From the NCBI GenBank assembly GCA_963667845.2, contig CAXXVL010000002.1:3040001-3104000 (forward strand): DNA of 64,000 nucleotides, written 5' to 3'. The stretch comes from Smithellaceae bacterium (GTDB lineage Bacteria; Desulfobacterota; Syntrophia; Syntrophales; Smithellaceae). The notes beneath the pieces are model-generated. The model searched no databases. It was not told where the DNA came from and saw nothing but the letters and a program-made list of their open reading frames with translations. A program made the position numbers and the translations under genes. The stretch's first letter is position 1. Every line of letters starts with the position of its first letter. Shown one piece after another: positions 40,390 through 50,991 of the stretch.

Positions 40390-41301
40390 TCAGGATACCA
40401 TTTCTTCAATAATGTCTTTAATCGGTTTGATGTCCTTGATCAGTGCACCGACCTGTCCGGCACCGAAGGCCGCGCGTTCATAGTTTCCGGTCGCATCGGG
40501 ATTGCGGTCCAGTTCGTCAGCGATGCTTTCCAGCGGGATTTCGGCAAGTCTCTCTTTGATCCAGGGCGTGATAATCAGTCTCTGTGCCAGTTTCGTGGAC
40601 GAGAGTGGGATCAAACCCGTGCCTCCATCGGACAATTCCACAATCGCTTTTTTCCACTCGGCGCTTGCCAGACTCTCGTCGGAAGCTAAAAATCGTGTGC
40701 CGACCTGAACGCCCTGGGCACCCAGAGCTAATGCCGCTTTATAGCCTCTCGAATCGGCGATGCCTCCCGCGGCCACGATCGGGACATGCACATGATCGGC
40801 AACCAGGGGAACAAGGACCATTGTGGATGATTCGGAATTTTGAGACCGCAACCCGCCCGCTTCCGAGCCGACAACCACCAGCGCGTCCGCCCCGGACTCA
40901 ACCGCGATCACCGCATGCGAAAAGGCTAGAACGACATGGAGCCCTTTCATGCCCAGGTCATGAATATAAGGATAAATCGCTTTGGGAGACCCGACAGACG
41001 TGGTAACGGTTTTAATGCCTTCGTCTGCCAGGACTTTGAGAAATTCAACGCTGTGGGGATTCATGAGGACAAGGTTCGCGCCAAAAGGTTTATCCGTCAG
41101 TTGGCGAACATCATCGATGAGTTTTTTGACTTCGTCCTCCTTGTGGAGAAAACCGACGGCCAGCAAGCCGTAACCGCCGGCTTCGGATACTGCGGCAACC
41201 ATTCGTGGGCTGTTGAATGTCCCGATCGGTCCTTGAATGATGGGATAACGGCAACCGAGCATTTCTAATAATTCCGGCATAACCAAAACCTCCTGATTCA
41301 T
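40390..41301 (-). CDS. FabK / nitronate monooxygenase-family flavoprotein
   Basis: YPIIQGP, AVSEAGG, GSEAGG, AAGGIAD, VQVGTRF. Confidence 0.9.
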   Translation of the reverse strand: MNQEVLVMPELLEMLGCRYPIIQGPIGTFNSPRMVAAVSEAGGYGLLAVGFLHKEDEVKKLIDDVRQLTDKPFGANLVLMNPHSVEFLKVLADEGIKTVTTSVGSPKAIYPYIHDLGMKGLHVVLAFSHAVIAVESGADALVVVGSEAGGLRSQNSESSTMVLVPLVADHVHVPIVAAGGIADSRGYKAALALGAQGVQVGTRFLASDESLASAEWKKAIVELSDGGTGLIPLSSTKLAQRLIITPWIKERLAEIPLESIADELDRNPDATGNYERAAFGAGQVGALIKDIKPIKDIIEEMVS

Positions 41302-41411
41302 GATGTCTGCGTTTTAGATTTCCGAAGACAGGCACTCCGTTCGTAGCTTTGAGTGTTCAAAAAGTCAAGGTGGAGATAACGTTTACCGATCCGTAAACGT
41401 CGAACATTCTA

Positions 41412-41440
41412 TTGACAGGCCACACGGGTTTTCCTATACT
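41412..41440 (+). promoter_or_regulatory. Sigma-70-like promoter
   Basis: TTGACA-N17-TATACT. Confidence 0.65.
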
Positions 41441-41496
41441 TTTCGAAGTGCAAAATATTTTGTCAATTGATCGTCAAGATATATCAGGAGGTTGCC

Positions 41497-43599
41497 ATGG
41501 ACAAATTATTCTATCCGGACTCCATCGCCATCATCGGTCTGTCCTCTAAGCCGAACAACATCCCCCGGCTTGTCCTGGAAAACCTGATCCGGTGGGGATA
41601 CAAGGGACGCATTTTCGGAATTAACCACCGTGCTGCCGATGCGCATGTGGACGGCATCAAAATGTTTAAGGATGTGCGGGAATTACCCGCTATTCCGGAT
41701 CTCGTTTTTATTATGATCCCCGCAAAGCTGATTCCTGACGAGATCGAAGCCTGCGGCAAAGTTGGTGTTAAATGGATGGCCATCCCGTCCGGCGGATTTA
41801 ATGAACTGGGCGATGAGGGCCGAAAGCTTTCCGATCTGGTTTTGCAGAAAGCCCGGAAGTACGGCATCCGGTTTGTCGGCCCCAATGGCGTGACCGTGGC
41901 CAACACGGCCAACGGCCTGTGTCTGCCCTTCGTGCCTTCTTTCAGCCCGCCCAAGGGCGGTCTGTCGCTTATTTCACAAAGCGGCGGGGTGGGCCTGATG
42001 CTCTGGAATCTAATGACCGATGACAACGTCGGCATGGCCAAATTTGCCAGCATCGGCAATAAACTGGACCTGGACGAGGTGGATTTTCTCGAATATTTCG
42101 GCCGGGACCCGGAAACCAAAGTCATCGGCATGTATCTGGAAAGCATCCCCCGGGGAGACCGCCTGATTGAGGCGGCGTCCAAAATCGACAAACCCGTAAT
42201 TGTCCTGAAATCCAACACCACCACGGCGGGCCGCAAGGCCGCCATGAGCCACACAGCGGCTCTGGCCAACGACGAAGCCATCATTGACGCGGCCTTCGAA
42301 CGCGCCGGCATTATCCGCATCCATCACTTTAACGATTTCATCTCCATCGCTAAAGCGTTTGAACTGCCGCCGATGCGGGGCAGGCGGATGATGGTTATGT
42401 CTCCTGCGGGTGGTTTCACGGTGATGATGGCGGACCTCTGTGAAGATTCGGAATTTGAGTTTGCCGATCCCGGCGCCGCTTTTTATGATGAACTTAAAAA
42501 TTCATCCAACGCCGGCGTTATCAATTTTTCGAATCCCCTGGATATGGGCGATATTTATGATTCGAAGGCTTATCCCAGCATCTTTTATTCCGTGATGCAT
42601 AACGCCAACGTGGACGGAGCGGTGTTTGTTACCCAATGGCCGGAAATGCCGCGCGGCGAGGACGTTTTCTATAAAATGTTCCACACGGATCTTTCGAAAG
42701 AGGTCGCCGGAACGATCCTCTCGTCCGGGAAGCCTTTGGGCGTCTGCCTCTTCGGTCTGTCGGCGACGATTTCCCGGATCAAACAAAATCTCGATTTCCC
42801 GATCTTCAACAATGCCAGTGAGATGATCCGCGCCTTTAAAAAACAGTGTGACTTCTATGCCAAAAAAGCACTGCCGGTCCCCGTCTATCAAATGCCTCGC
42901 GGCATTCATCTGGAGGGAGCAAAAACCTGGATTGCCAAAAACCCGGGGGTGACGGGAGAGGATGCCCTGGAGCTTCTGCATCACTTCGGGATCATGTGCG
43001 CCGAATCTGCCGTAGTGCCTGACAGCGAAACAGCAGTCGCGGCCGCCGACCGGGTCGGTTATCCCGTGGTAATGAAAATTGTATCTCCCGATGCCATTCA
43101 TAAATCCGAAGCCGGCGGCGTCATCACGGGCGTGAAGAGTGCCGAAGAGGTTCGCGACGCATTTCAAAACATTCGGAAAAACCTTTATCGGTATAAGGCC
43201 GACGCAAGGTTTGAAGGTGTCCGCGTCATGAAACAAGCGGGTGAGGGCTATGATATGTTTGTCGGCGGAAAATACGATCCCTCATTCGGCCCCATTGTAT
43301 TTTTCGGTTACGGCGGCATTTACATCGAGGTATTCCGTGATACAGCTAACGTGCTCTGCCCGGCCGGCATGGCGGAAATTGAAAACAAGGTCCGAAAATT
43401 AAAATCCTGCAAAATCCTGCAGGGGACCAGGGGGAAGGGAGCTGGCGACATTCCGGGCTACGTGGCCGTGATCGAGCGTGTAACGCATCTCCTCCATGCA
43501 TTTCCTCAGATTCGTGAACTGGACATCAATCCGGTCCGTGTTCTTGCCGACGGTACAGGTGTGATTGCCCTGGATGCCCGGGTAAGAATTGAAAGCTGA
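41497..43599 (+). CDS. ADP-forming acyl/acetate-CoA ligase, fused alpha-beta
   Basis: VGPN, SQSG, SHTAALA catalytic His, NPLD, HKSEAGGV, ELDINP..DAR. Confidence 0.92.
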   Translation: MDKLFYPDSIAIIGLSSKPNNIPRLVLENLIRWGYKGRIFGINHRAADAHVDGIKMFKDVRELPAIPDLVFIMIPAKLIPDEIEACGKVGVKWMAIPSGGFNELGDEGRKLSDLVLQKARKYGIRFVGPNGVTVANTANGLCLPFVPSFSPPKGGLSLISQSGGVGLMLWNLMTDDNVGMAKFASIGNKLDLDEVDFLEYFGRDPETKVIGMYLESIPRGDRLIEAASKIDKPVIVLKSNTTTAGRKAAMSHTAALANDEAIIDAAFERAGIIRIHHFNDFISIAKAFELPPMRGRRMMVMSPAGGFTVMMADLCEDSEFEFADPGAAFYDELKNSSNAGVINFSNPLDMGDIYDSKAYPSIFYSVMHNANVDGAVFVTQWPEMPRGEDVFYKMFHTDLSKEVAGTILSSGKPLGVCLFGLSATISRIKQNLDFPIFNNASEMIRAFKKQCDFYAKKALPVPVYQMPRGIHLEGAKTWIAKNPGVTGEDALELLHHFGIMCAESAVVPDSETAVAAADRVGYPVVMKIVSPDAIHKSEAGGVITGVKSAEEVRDAFQNIRKNLYRYKADARFEGVRVMKQAGEGYDMFVGGKYDPSFGPIVFFGYGGIYIEVFRDTANVLCPAGMAEIENKVRKLKSCKILQGTRGKGAGDIPGYVAVIERVTHLLHAFPQIRELDINPVRVLADGTGVIALDARVRIES

Positions 43600-43659
43600 A
43601 GCAGCGCTCACAACAGCATCATTTTCAGCGGTGAAGAGCAGCGTTGTCCGGAAACGACT

Positions 43660-44967
43660 CTACATGAGAGACATATTTTCGGCATCCCGCATGAGTTCAT
43701 CCCGGAATTTGGGATGGGCGATACTGATCAGGGCCAGCGCCCGCGCCCGTGTTGATTTTCCCTTCAGGTTGACGATCCCGTATTCCGTTGCGATATAATG
43801 AACGTCATTACGGGGTGTCGTGACCATGGTTCCCGCCGGAAACTGGCTGACAATGCGCGATACCTCTTCGTTTTTTACCGTCGAGTATAATACGAGAATC
43901 GCTTTGCCTTCGGGCGAATCATAAGCCCCCCGGACAAAATCAAGCTGTCCGCCCGTGCCGCTGTATTGGCGTCCTTCCAGGTATTCTGCGTTACACTGTC
44001 CCAGGAGGTCAATCTGAAGAATGGCATTGATGGATGTCATCCGATTGTTCTGCGCTATGACGCCGGGGTTCATAACATATGAACTGGGATAATTTTCAAA
44101 GCTCTTATCCCTGTCCATATACTGAAACGTCTCTTTACCACCGTAGGCGAGCGAAAAAATATGCTTGCCCGCGTGGACATTCTTATGCGCCCCGGTAATG
44201 ACGCCTTTTTTAATCAGATCGACCATGCCGGGGCAGAGAAGTTCCGTGTGGATGCCCAAATCCTTGTGACCTGTGAGATAAGGCGCGATGGCATTGGGCA
44301 GGGTACCGATACCCAGTTGGATGACCGCCTGATCCGGCACATGTTCAGCGACAATTTTGCCGATAACCGGGTCCAGCGGATTGGGTTGCATGGGCAGTAA
44401 TTCCAGCAGAGGGACGGTGTTTTCCACAATCATTGAAATATCGGAAACGTGGATCAAGGCGTCGCCATAGACGAACGGCATATTCTCGTTGACTTCGACA
44501 ATTAATGTTTTGCACAGCGTCGCCATTACGGATAAATACCCGTTGCAGGGTCCAAAACTGAGAAAGCCGTCTTCATTCATCGGCGCTACTGTGGTGACGG
44601 CAATATCGACTTCCATATTTTCCATGACAATTTTCGGCACCTGATGGAGGTAGGCGGGGACAAATTGTGTCAACCCGACCTGTACCATGTTTCGGGAGGC
44701 TTCGCTCACAAACCAGCTGTAAGAATCGACGACGTCGGCAATATCCGGGCTTCCCAAAGTCTGGGCAAAATGCTTTTGCGCGTTGAATGTGTAAACTTTG
44801 ATGTTGTTCAGATCACCCGATCGAGCCCGCGAGGCAATAGCAGCCAGCATGCCCGGTGGTTCGGCGATGGTGACGCCATGGATCAGCGTGTCCCCGTCTT
44901 TAACACAAGCCGCTGCATTTTCAAAAGTTGTCAGTTTTGCTTTATATTGATCGGAATATTCACTCAT
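43660..44967 (-). CDS. Family I CoA-transferase (4-hydroxybutyrate CoA-transferase / acetyl-CoA hydrolase type)
   Basis: QLGIG, GIHTE, SGTGGQLDF, TEYG, LISIAHP. Confidence 0.93.
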   Translation of the reverse strand: MSEYSDQYKAKLTTFENAAACVKDGDTLIHGVTIAEPPGMLAAIASRARSGDLNNIKVYTFNAQKHFAQTLGSPDIADVVDSYSWFVSEASRNMVQVGLTQFVPAYLHQVPKIVMENMEVDIAVTTVAPMNEDGFLSFGPCNGYLSVMATLCKTLIVEVNENMPFVYGDALIHVSDISMIVENTVPLLELLPMQPNPLDPVIGKIVAEHVPDQAVIQLGIGTLPNAIAPYLTGHKDLGIHTELLCPGMVDLIKKGVITGAHKNVHAGKHIFSLAYGGKETFQYMDRDKSFENYPSSYVMNPGVIAQNNRMTSINAILQIDLLGQCNAEYLEGRQYSGTGGQLDFVRGAYDSPEGKAILVLYSTVKNEEVSRIVSQFPAGTMVTTPRNDVHYIATEYGIVNLKGKSTRARALALISIAHPKFRDELMRDAENMSLM

Positions 44968-45165
44968 CTTGGGGAATCTCCTGTTAGCTGCGATGTATGT
45001 TATCCCGCGTGGTTGATCCTTTCAAGTGAAAAAATATCGCCTCGATCTTACACCCGAAGTGACGCTCTTGATAATCTGTCGCCAAATGTCTCGAAATGGT
45101 TGATTAATTATTATGAATAAGGTAACAAAAAAGCGTCAACTCGGCGTTAGAAAATAAATACGTGG

Positions 45166-47199
45166 ATGAAGCATATGCCGGCACTGCGTGCACTGATCAA
45201 GAAATACAAGTCCCGAAAAATATCCACTCAGTATCTGCTTCTGCTCATCCCGGCTATCGCTCTGCTCTTCATCACGTTCGCGGTCGTCGTGTATTACCTC
45301 GGCAAACCGGAAGCCCTGAAAACCAACCTTGAATTATCGGAGATTATCGCCAAGAAAACAAATCAGGCTCTTATTCGCTGGCTGGAAGAGCAGATTCGCA
45401 CGGCTCAGACGATTGCTCATGATCCGCGTGTTGTTGATGCCTGCGCATCGCCTCTGGATATGCAAAAAAGAGCAGCGGCGCAGAAATTCCTCTCGGAAAT
45501 GCATGCACGCTATCCCTATTATGAGAATATTCCCCTGGCTCTCAAGCTGGAGGAAGGTCAAACAGTACCCGTCGATGTTCAGGGTGAAAGGAAGACCATC
45601 GGCAATGGGAATTTTTTTATCGACACGGTAGGAGGCAAAACGATAGGGAAATGCGGACCGCAGTTCAGTTACATAAAAAATGTTTTCTCGGGGAAACCGT
45701 ATTTCATCAGCGAGGTCTATCCCAGCATTCTGCGCGGCAATCCGATCTTTGTCGTGGCTGTCCCGATCCTGCATAACGGCGCTATCATCGGCGCAACGAT
45801 TGTTGCTCCGAGAATGGACTATTTTACCGAATTCTTCGTGGAAAAATCGGCTATTGGTATGACCGGCTACCTGGTGATGATGGATCAGAGCGGGATGATT
45901 ATTTCGCATCCGCAAAAGAAGTTAATACTGAATCCCAAGGGAAAGGACTTGATCAAGCCGGTTATGGATAAAATACGAGCGGGCGAGTCCTATTTCTTAT
46001 CCTCCTTTGACGGGCAGGACAAAGCCTACTATGTGGAAAAACTGACGACGGCGCAGTTCAACATGCAGGACAGCTGGTATATCATCTTTTGCCGGGGGTA
46101 TGATGAGATCCTTTCTGGAATATTTGCCTTCCTGACTAAAACATTTATCAGCGTCTTGCTGATTGTTGTTGCCGTCACGCTGTTCGTTTATTTTCTGACA
46201 AGAAATCTCGTCACCAAGCCGATGGAGAAGGTAGCACAGGCGGTAAACAGCGTCGCGCTGGGCGATCTGCGCGTTAGAATTGACACCGGCGGACAGCAAA
46301 ACGAAGTCGGAATCTTGAGCGGTGCCATCAATAAGATGACGGAGAGCATTCGTGAGCAGACGATAAGAATAAGAGAGTCTGTTGATACGCTCAACGGAAT
46401 CGCCACAGCGATCGTTTCCGCATCCAGCCAGCAGGACGAAGCGATGAAGGGTCTTGAAGGCAATGTGGCGCAAGTAGGCGTATCCTCGAAACAAATATCG
46501 GCGACATCTCAGGAGCTCGCCCGAACAATGGAAGGTGTCAAGCGTGCGGCCGAGGAGGCATCCCGGCTGGCGAATGCCGGACACGCAAGCCTTACCGGGA
46601 TGCAAGACGCCATGCAAACGCTGTCGAACGGAACGGAAGTCGTTTCGGATAAGCTCGCCCTGATTAACCAGAAGGCCAAGAGTATCGACAGTATCATTGC
46701 GACCATCACCAAAATTTCCGATCAGACAAACTTGTTGTCGCTCAATGCCGCCATCGAAGCGGAAAAAGCGGGTGAGTATGGCAGAGGTTTTTCCGTGGTC
46801 GCCAGAGAAATTGGCAGGCTGGCCAATGAGACGGCAATCTCCACCCTGGACATTTCGGATATTATCAACGAAATGCACGTCTCGGTTGTGGATGGGGTCA
46901 AAGAAATGGAAAATTTCCGGCAAGGCGTCACCCACGGGGTTCGATCTGCCGATGATGCTGCAATGCAGCTCTCACAGGTCATTGCCAAGGTTGCCTATCT
47001 CAGTCCGGAATTTGACAAGGTAAATGAAGGCATGCATTTCCAGTCGCTGGGCTCCGGGCAGATCAGTGATGCCATGGCAGACCTGAATCATAGCGCCGGG
47101 CAGATGTCCAGTTCTCTTTCGCAATTCAAGGCCGTCACGGAGCAGCTGAATTCTGCCGCAAACAGGCTCATCCGCACAGTTTCACGGGCTGTGGTGTAA
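45166..47199 (+). CDS. Methyl-accepting chemoreceptor (Cache-HAMP-MA), WspA-like signalling domain
   Basis: 2 TM helices; [30 protein letters not shown]. Confidence 0.93.
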   Translation: MKHMPALRALIKKYKSRKISTQYLLLLIPAIALLFITFAVVVYYLGKPEALKTNLELSEIIAKKTNQALIRWLEEQIRTAQTIAHDPRVVDACASPLDMQKRAAAQKFLSEMHARYPYYENIPLALKLEEGQTVPVDVQGERKTIGNGNFFIDTVGGKTIGKCGPQFSYIKNVFSGKPYFISEVYPSILRGNPIFVVAVPILHNGAIIGATIVAPRMDYFTEFFVEKSAIGMTGYLVMMDQSGMIISHPQKKLILNPKGKDLIKPVMDKIRAGESYFLSSFDGQDKAYYVEKLTTAQFNMQDSWYIIFCRGYDEILSGIFAFLTKTFISVLLIVVAVTLFVYFLTRNLVTKPMEKVAQAVNSVALGDLRVRIDTGGQQNEVGILSGAINKMTESIREQTIRIRESVDTLNGIATAIVSASSQQDEAMKGLEGNVAQVGVSSKQISATSQELARTMEGVKRAAEEASRLANAGHASLTGMQDAMQTLSNGTEVVSDKLALINQKAKSIDSIIATITKISDQTNLLSLNAAIEAEKAGEYGRGFSVVAREIGRLANETAISTLDISDIINEMHVSVVDGVKEMENFRQGVTHGVRSADDAAMQLSQVIAKVAYLSPEFDKVNEGMHFQSLGSGQISDAMADLNHSAGQMSSSLSQFKAVTEQLNSAANRLIRTVSRAVV

Positions 47200-47400
47200 G
47201 CTATTCATCGGTCATCCGGAAGATCGATTTTCCAACGGGTCATAACTTTCCGCTTAGTACTGTCATAATATTTTTAATGTGCATTATCGGCTCATCGGAA
47301 CACCGTCCGACTATTGATCATTCATTAGAATGTTCAAAAAAGTCTGATACGTAAAGTGGTATATAAATTGCTGCATTTATAATAAATTGCGAGGAGTTTC

Positions 47401-48813
47401 ATGATGATATGTCCTCAATGCGGTTACGAGAGAAGAAAAAGCGATGATATCATTAGCGCATTGGAATGTCCTAAGTGTGGAATAATATATAGCAAATGGA
47501 CGGAAAATCCCTCAGGCACAGGAATGCAACCTGCCTCTGCCTCTCTCGATAAACCAGATATCGTTGAGGAACCGAGGAAGAAGATTTCTATTGAGCGCCT
47601 GGTGATTTACGCTGGTATTGTCGTCGTTTTGATCATTTTGACGCATTCGTTTGTCGCGCCGTCAGTGATCGATTATTTTAAATCGATGAAAAAAGACGCT
47701 GGTGTGGCGGTCGATGACGCTACTTCTCGGATAAATGGAAATCCGGAATCCGACAATGCCCGCAGAGCCGATCATGAAGCAGTCATGCCGACGGATCCGG
47801 CTCTTTCCGGACGAGAGCTGTCGGTCGCTGATGTTGTCAGAGGCAACAGAGAAAGCATCGTTCTCATTAAGACCGCATCCGGTATCGGAACAGGGTTCTT
47901 CATCAACCGCGACGGATATATCGTGACAAACAAACACGTACTGCCCGAGTCCGGCCGCGGAGAAATCAAAACCCTGAAAGGAAGCGTCTTTCAAATTCGT
48001 CAAATTGTGCAGCAGGACGCCGACGCCGATCTGGTCATTGCGGCGACCAGCGCTCCGCCGTCAGAATCCAAACCGGTCAATATCAGATCCGGACTACCCG
48101 AACCCGGCGAAAAGATCATTGTGATCGGTAACCCGATGGGTCTGGAGCAGACGGTATCCGACGGCATTGTTTCCGCGGTGCGGCGCAATCAGAAGGCGGT
48201 GGAATTCATACAAATCACAGCACCTGTTTCACCGGGCAACAGTGGTGGTCCTTTGCTGAACATGCGCGGAGAGGTGATCGGCGTGGCGACGTTTCAATAT
48301 CGCTCCGGACAGAATCTGAACTTCTGCGTCGCCGCATCACGGATCGTCGCCCTGCAGCAGGGAGTTCAATCTTCATTCTCCGGTTCTCCGGGCGGCGATG
48401 CACAGCCTCAGGGACAGGATATCTATTGCTTTGTCGATGGAAACGGACAGGTATCCTTCGTCACGTGGAGGACGGCAATGTTGGTTTCGCGTCCGGACGG
48501 TTCCCTCGACCGTGTGAAATATGAAAAATGGGCGCTGGATCAGGTCGGTGGCAATCCGGATGCAATCAATCCGGACAGGGAAGCGCGTGATGATGTGGAA
48601 AGAAATCGCGAGCAACTCTTTAAAAGTGTTTTTTCGAGCCGGTCCATGAGTGACACGAATCTGACCAGTGGGGAAAGAGACTGGCTGGAAAGACGTTACC
48701 AGAAGCACTATATCGAAATTTACAATCAACGGATGGCTGTCCGTAACGAAGCGATACGGAAATATAGTTCAATGATGAATGAATTTGACCGATTTAGTGC
48801 CAGCAGAAGGTGA
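47401..48813 (+). CDS. Zn-ribbon + TM + trypsin-like serine protease, no recognisable PDZ
   Basis: CPQC..CPKC; VTNKHV, DADL and GNSGGP catalytic triad. Confidence 0.88.
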   Translation: MMICPQCGYERRKSDDIISALECPKCGIIYSKWTENPSGTGMQPASASLDKPDIVEEPRKKISIERLVIYAGIVVVLIILTHSFVAPSVIDYFKSMKKDAGVAVDDATSRINGNPESDNARRADHEAVMPTDPALSGRELSVADVVRGNRESIVLIKTASGIGTGFFINRDGYIVTNKHVLPESGRGEIKTLKGSVFQIRQIVQQDADADLVIAATSAPPSESKPVNIRSGLPEPGEKIIVIGNPMGLEQTVSDGIVSAVRRNQKAVEFIQITAPVSPGNSGGPLLNMRGEVIGVATFQYRSGQNLNFCVAASRIVALQQGVQSSFSGSPGGDAQPQGQDIYCFVDGNGQVSFVTWRTAMLVSRPDGSLDRVKYEKWALDQVGGNPDAINPDREARDDVERNREQLFKSVFSSRSMSDTNLTSGERDWLERRYQKHYIEIYNQRMAVRNEAIRKYSSMMNEFDRFSASRR

Positions 48814-48831
48814 CGCGTTGCACCGATCAAC

Positions 48832-48878
48832 AAAAAACCCGCTGATGATGCCGATGCATCACGTCAACGGGTTTTTTT
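48832..48878. terminator. Bidirectional intrinsic terminator
   Basis: AAAAAACCCG..TGA ... TCA..CGGGTTTTTT between convergent genes. Confidence 0.75.
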
Positions 48879-48897
48879 ATTCCCAAAATGATTCCTG

Positions 48898-49113
48898 TTA
48901 TTCAATAATGGCCAGGACCTGGCCTTCGTTGACGGAATCGCCGACTTTAACTTTGATTTCTTTTATCGTCCCGGCACCCGGTGCGTAAACGGGAATTTCC
49001 ATTTTCATCGCGTCCATGATGATAACTTCTTCTTCTTCCTGTACCTGGCTGCCGACACTCACCGGAATGCTGGCAATCTTCCCCGGCATGGGGGCTTTAA
49101 TTTCCATACTCAT
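48898..49113 (-). CDS. Stand-alone biotin carboxyl carrier protein
   Basis: APMPGKI, DAMKMEIPV, GDSV. Confidence 0.93.
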   Translation of the reverse strand: MSMEIKAPMPGKIASIPVSVGSQVQEEEEVIIMDAMKMEIPVYAPGAGTIKEIKVKVGDSVNEGQVLAIIE

Positions 49114-49364
49114 AGTTCTTTTCGTGCCTCCCTTATATTTAATTTTTGTTATTTATGAACGAGCAATTCATTCAGCGTCTGAGGTCGATAAATTTGTGAT
49201 GACTTTTACCCCAAATGCCAGGTTTGGTCAACAGAATTGTCAGCGCAAAATGATTTAAGATTCAGTCGTACCGGGCAGCATCGTTTGTGTCTATCGGCGG
49301 TGCGTTATCGACCGGATAAAAAGCGAAAAAATACTTACCAGCTCTAAAAAAACACAGGGAGAGC

Positions 49365-49525
49365 CGGATAGATTTGCCACCACCCGGGCTTGAGTTTCCA
49401 CGCCGCATTATCGATTTCACTAATCACATCATAGGTTACCGGACTCCGGACTGCGGCCGGCACGATGCTGATTTCAGAAGTGCTTACGTTAAAGCCCGTA
49501 TCGGGGTATGCCTTACTGTAAACGT
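49365..49525 (-). pseudogene. Fragment of a MacA/HlyD-type periplasmic adaptor
   Basis: KAYPDTGFN..SEISIVP..VTYDVISEIDNAAWKLKPG resembles the DAYP..F.G.V..I...VVTY.V...DN...LKPG motif. Confidence 0.5.
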
Positions 49526-49560
49526 CGCGCACTTAAATTGAGCGCAGGGGTCGGGCGGAT

Positions 49561-50991
49561 TTACTGGATTTTATTTTGATTGTTCTGCTGTTCAGATGCG
49601 ACCCATCCGCCGCCCAACGCCTTGATGAGCAAAACGGCAGCATTGAGCTGCTGGCCGGTAATGCTGATGACGGTTCGTTCATTGGTTAGGGCAATGGTTT
49701 GCGCGGTAACGACATTCAGGTAACTGACAATTCCGGCCTTGTACTGGTTGGTTGTTAATCGAACAGACTCCCGTGCCGATTTTACAGCCGCTTCCTGAAA
49801 TTGCGCCTCCTCTCCCAGGATGCGCAGCGCAGCCAGATTATCCTCGACTTCTTGAAACCCCGTAAGTACTGTTTGCCGGTAAGAAGCGACCGTTCCATCA
49901 TATGCCGCCTTGGCTTGTTCGGTCTGCGCCTGGCGCGCTCCACCATCGAATATTGTCGCCGTCACAGCCATCGGTCCCAAAGCCCAGAAAAAAGCAGGAG
50001 CGGTAAAGAGGCTGGCCAGGGCCGCACTTGCATATCCTATCGACCCTGAAAGAGTTATAGAAGGATAATAGGCCGCCTTGGCAACACCGATCTGCGCGTT
50101 TGCTGCGGCCATCGTGCGCTCGGCTGCTGCAATATCCGGACGGCGTTCAAGCAGATCGGAGGGAAGGGCCACGGGAATCTTGATCCGGGGCAGTGCGGGT
50201 GCGGCCGGAGGCAGCGAAAAATCAGCCGGCGGTTTGCCGATTAACAGGGCGATGGCATGTTCCAGTTGCGCCCGCTGGACGCCGACATCGGTCGCCTGGG
50301 CCTCAGTGGATTTAAGCTGAGTTCTGGCTGCTTCGACATCCGCTTTAGCCGCAACTCCGGCCCTGTATCGGTTTTGAGTCAGCTCCAGAGCTTTTTCGTA
50401 AGCCCCAACGGCTTCGTCAAAATTCTTCTTTTGCGTATCCAGTGTTCGCAGCTGAAAATAATCCAGGGCAAGTTCAGTCTGCATCGACAGCCGCATGGCC
50501 TGTAAATCGGCGAAAGATGCTTCGGCTGATGCTTTGCTCGATTCGACCTGGCGACGCACCTTTCCCCATAAGTCGATTTCCCACGAGGCATTGAGAGAAA
50601 CCTGATGCTGATTAAACGTGCTCCCCGCATCTCCTGCCGTTTTCTGCCGGGTGAAAGCGGCTCCTGCGCCAAGCGTCGGAAAATAACCCGCGCGGGCGAG
50701 CCGCACCGCCGCCTGAGCCTGGCGATATTGAGATTCCGCCAGAGCAATCGACTGGTTCGATACGTTGACCTGTTCCACGAGCGCGTTCAGCTCCTGACTG
50801 CCGAAGGCTTCCCACCAGTTCACGCGTATTTCCTGATCGCGCGGCAGTGCTTCACGCCATCCGGCAAGTTCCTTATACGCTGCCGGTGCGGGTGCAGCGG
50901 GTCGTTGATAATCCGGTCCGACGGCGCAGCCTAGTATGGTCGCCACAAGGGCCAGAAGAATCTTAAATTTTAATATTTTATTCATAATCAT
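49561..50991 (-). CDS. RND outer-membrane factor lipoprotein (NodT/OprM family)
   Basis: [34 protein letters not shown]. Confidence 0.95.
   Translation of the reverse strand: MIMNKILKFKILLALVATILGCAVGPDYQRPAAPAPAAYKELAGWREALPRDQEIRVNWWEAFGSQELNALVEQVNVSNQSIALAESQYRQAQAAVRLARAGYFPTLGAGAAFTRQKTAGDAGSTFNQHQVSLNASWEIDLWGKVRRQVESSKASAEASFADLQAMRLSMQTELALDYFQLRTLDTQKKNFDEAVGAYEKALELTQNRYRAGVAAKADVEAARTQLKSTEAQATDVGVQRAQLEHAIALLIGKPPADFSLPPAAPALPRIKIPVALPSDLLERRPDIAAAERTMAAANAQIGVAKAAYYPSITLSGSIGYASAALASLFTAPAFFWALGPMAVTATIFDGGARQAQTEQAKAAYDGTVASYRQTVLTGFQEVEDNLAALRILGEEAQFQEAAVKSARESVRLTTNQYKAGIVSYLNVVTAQTIALTNERTVISITGQQLNAAVLLIKALGGGWVASEQQNNQNKIQ

Noticed and set aside
47284..47291. Minus-strand GCCGATAA
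   Set aside because: No -35 element at the correct spacing, and it points antisense into the MCP gene
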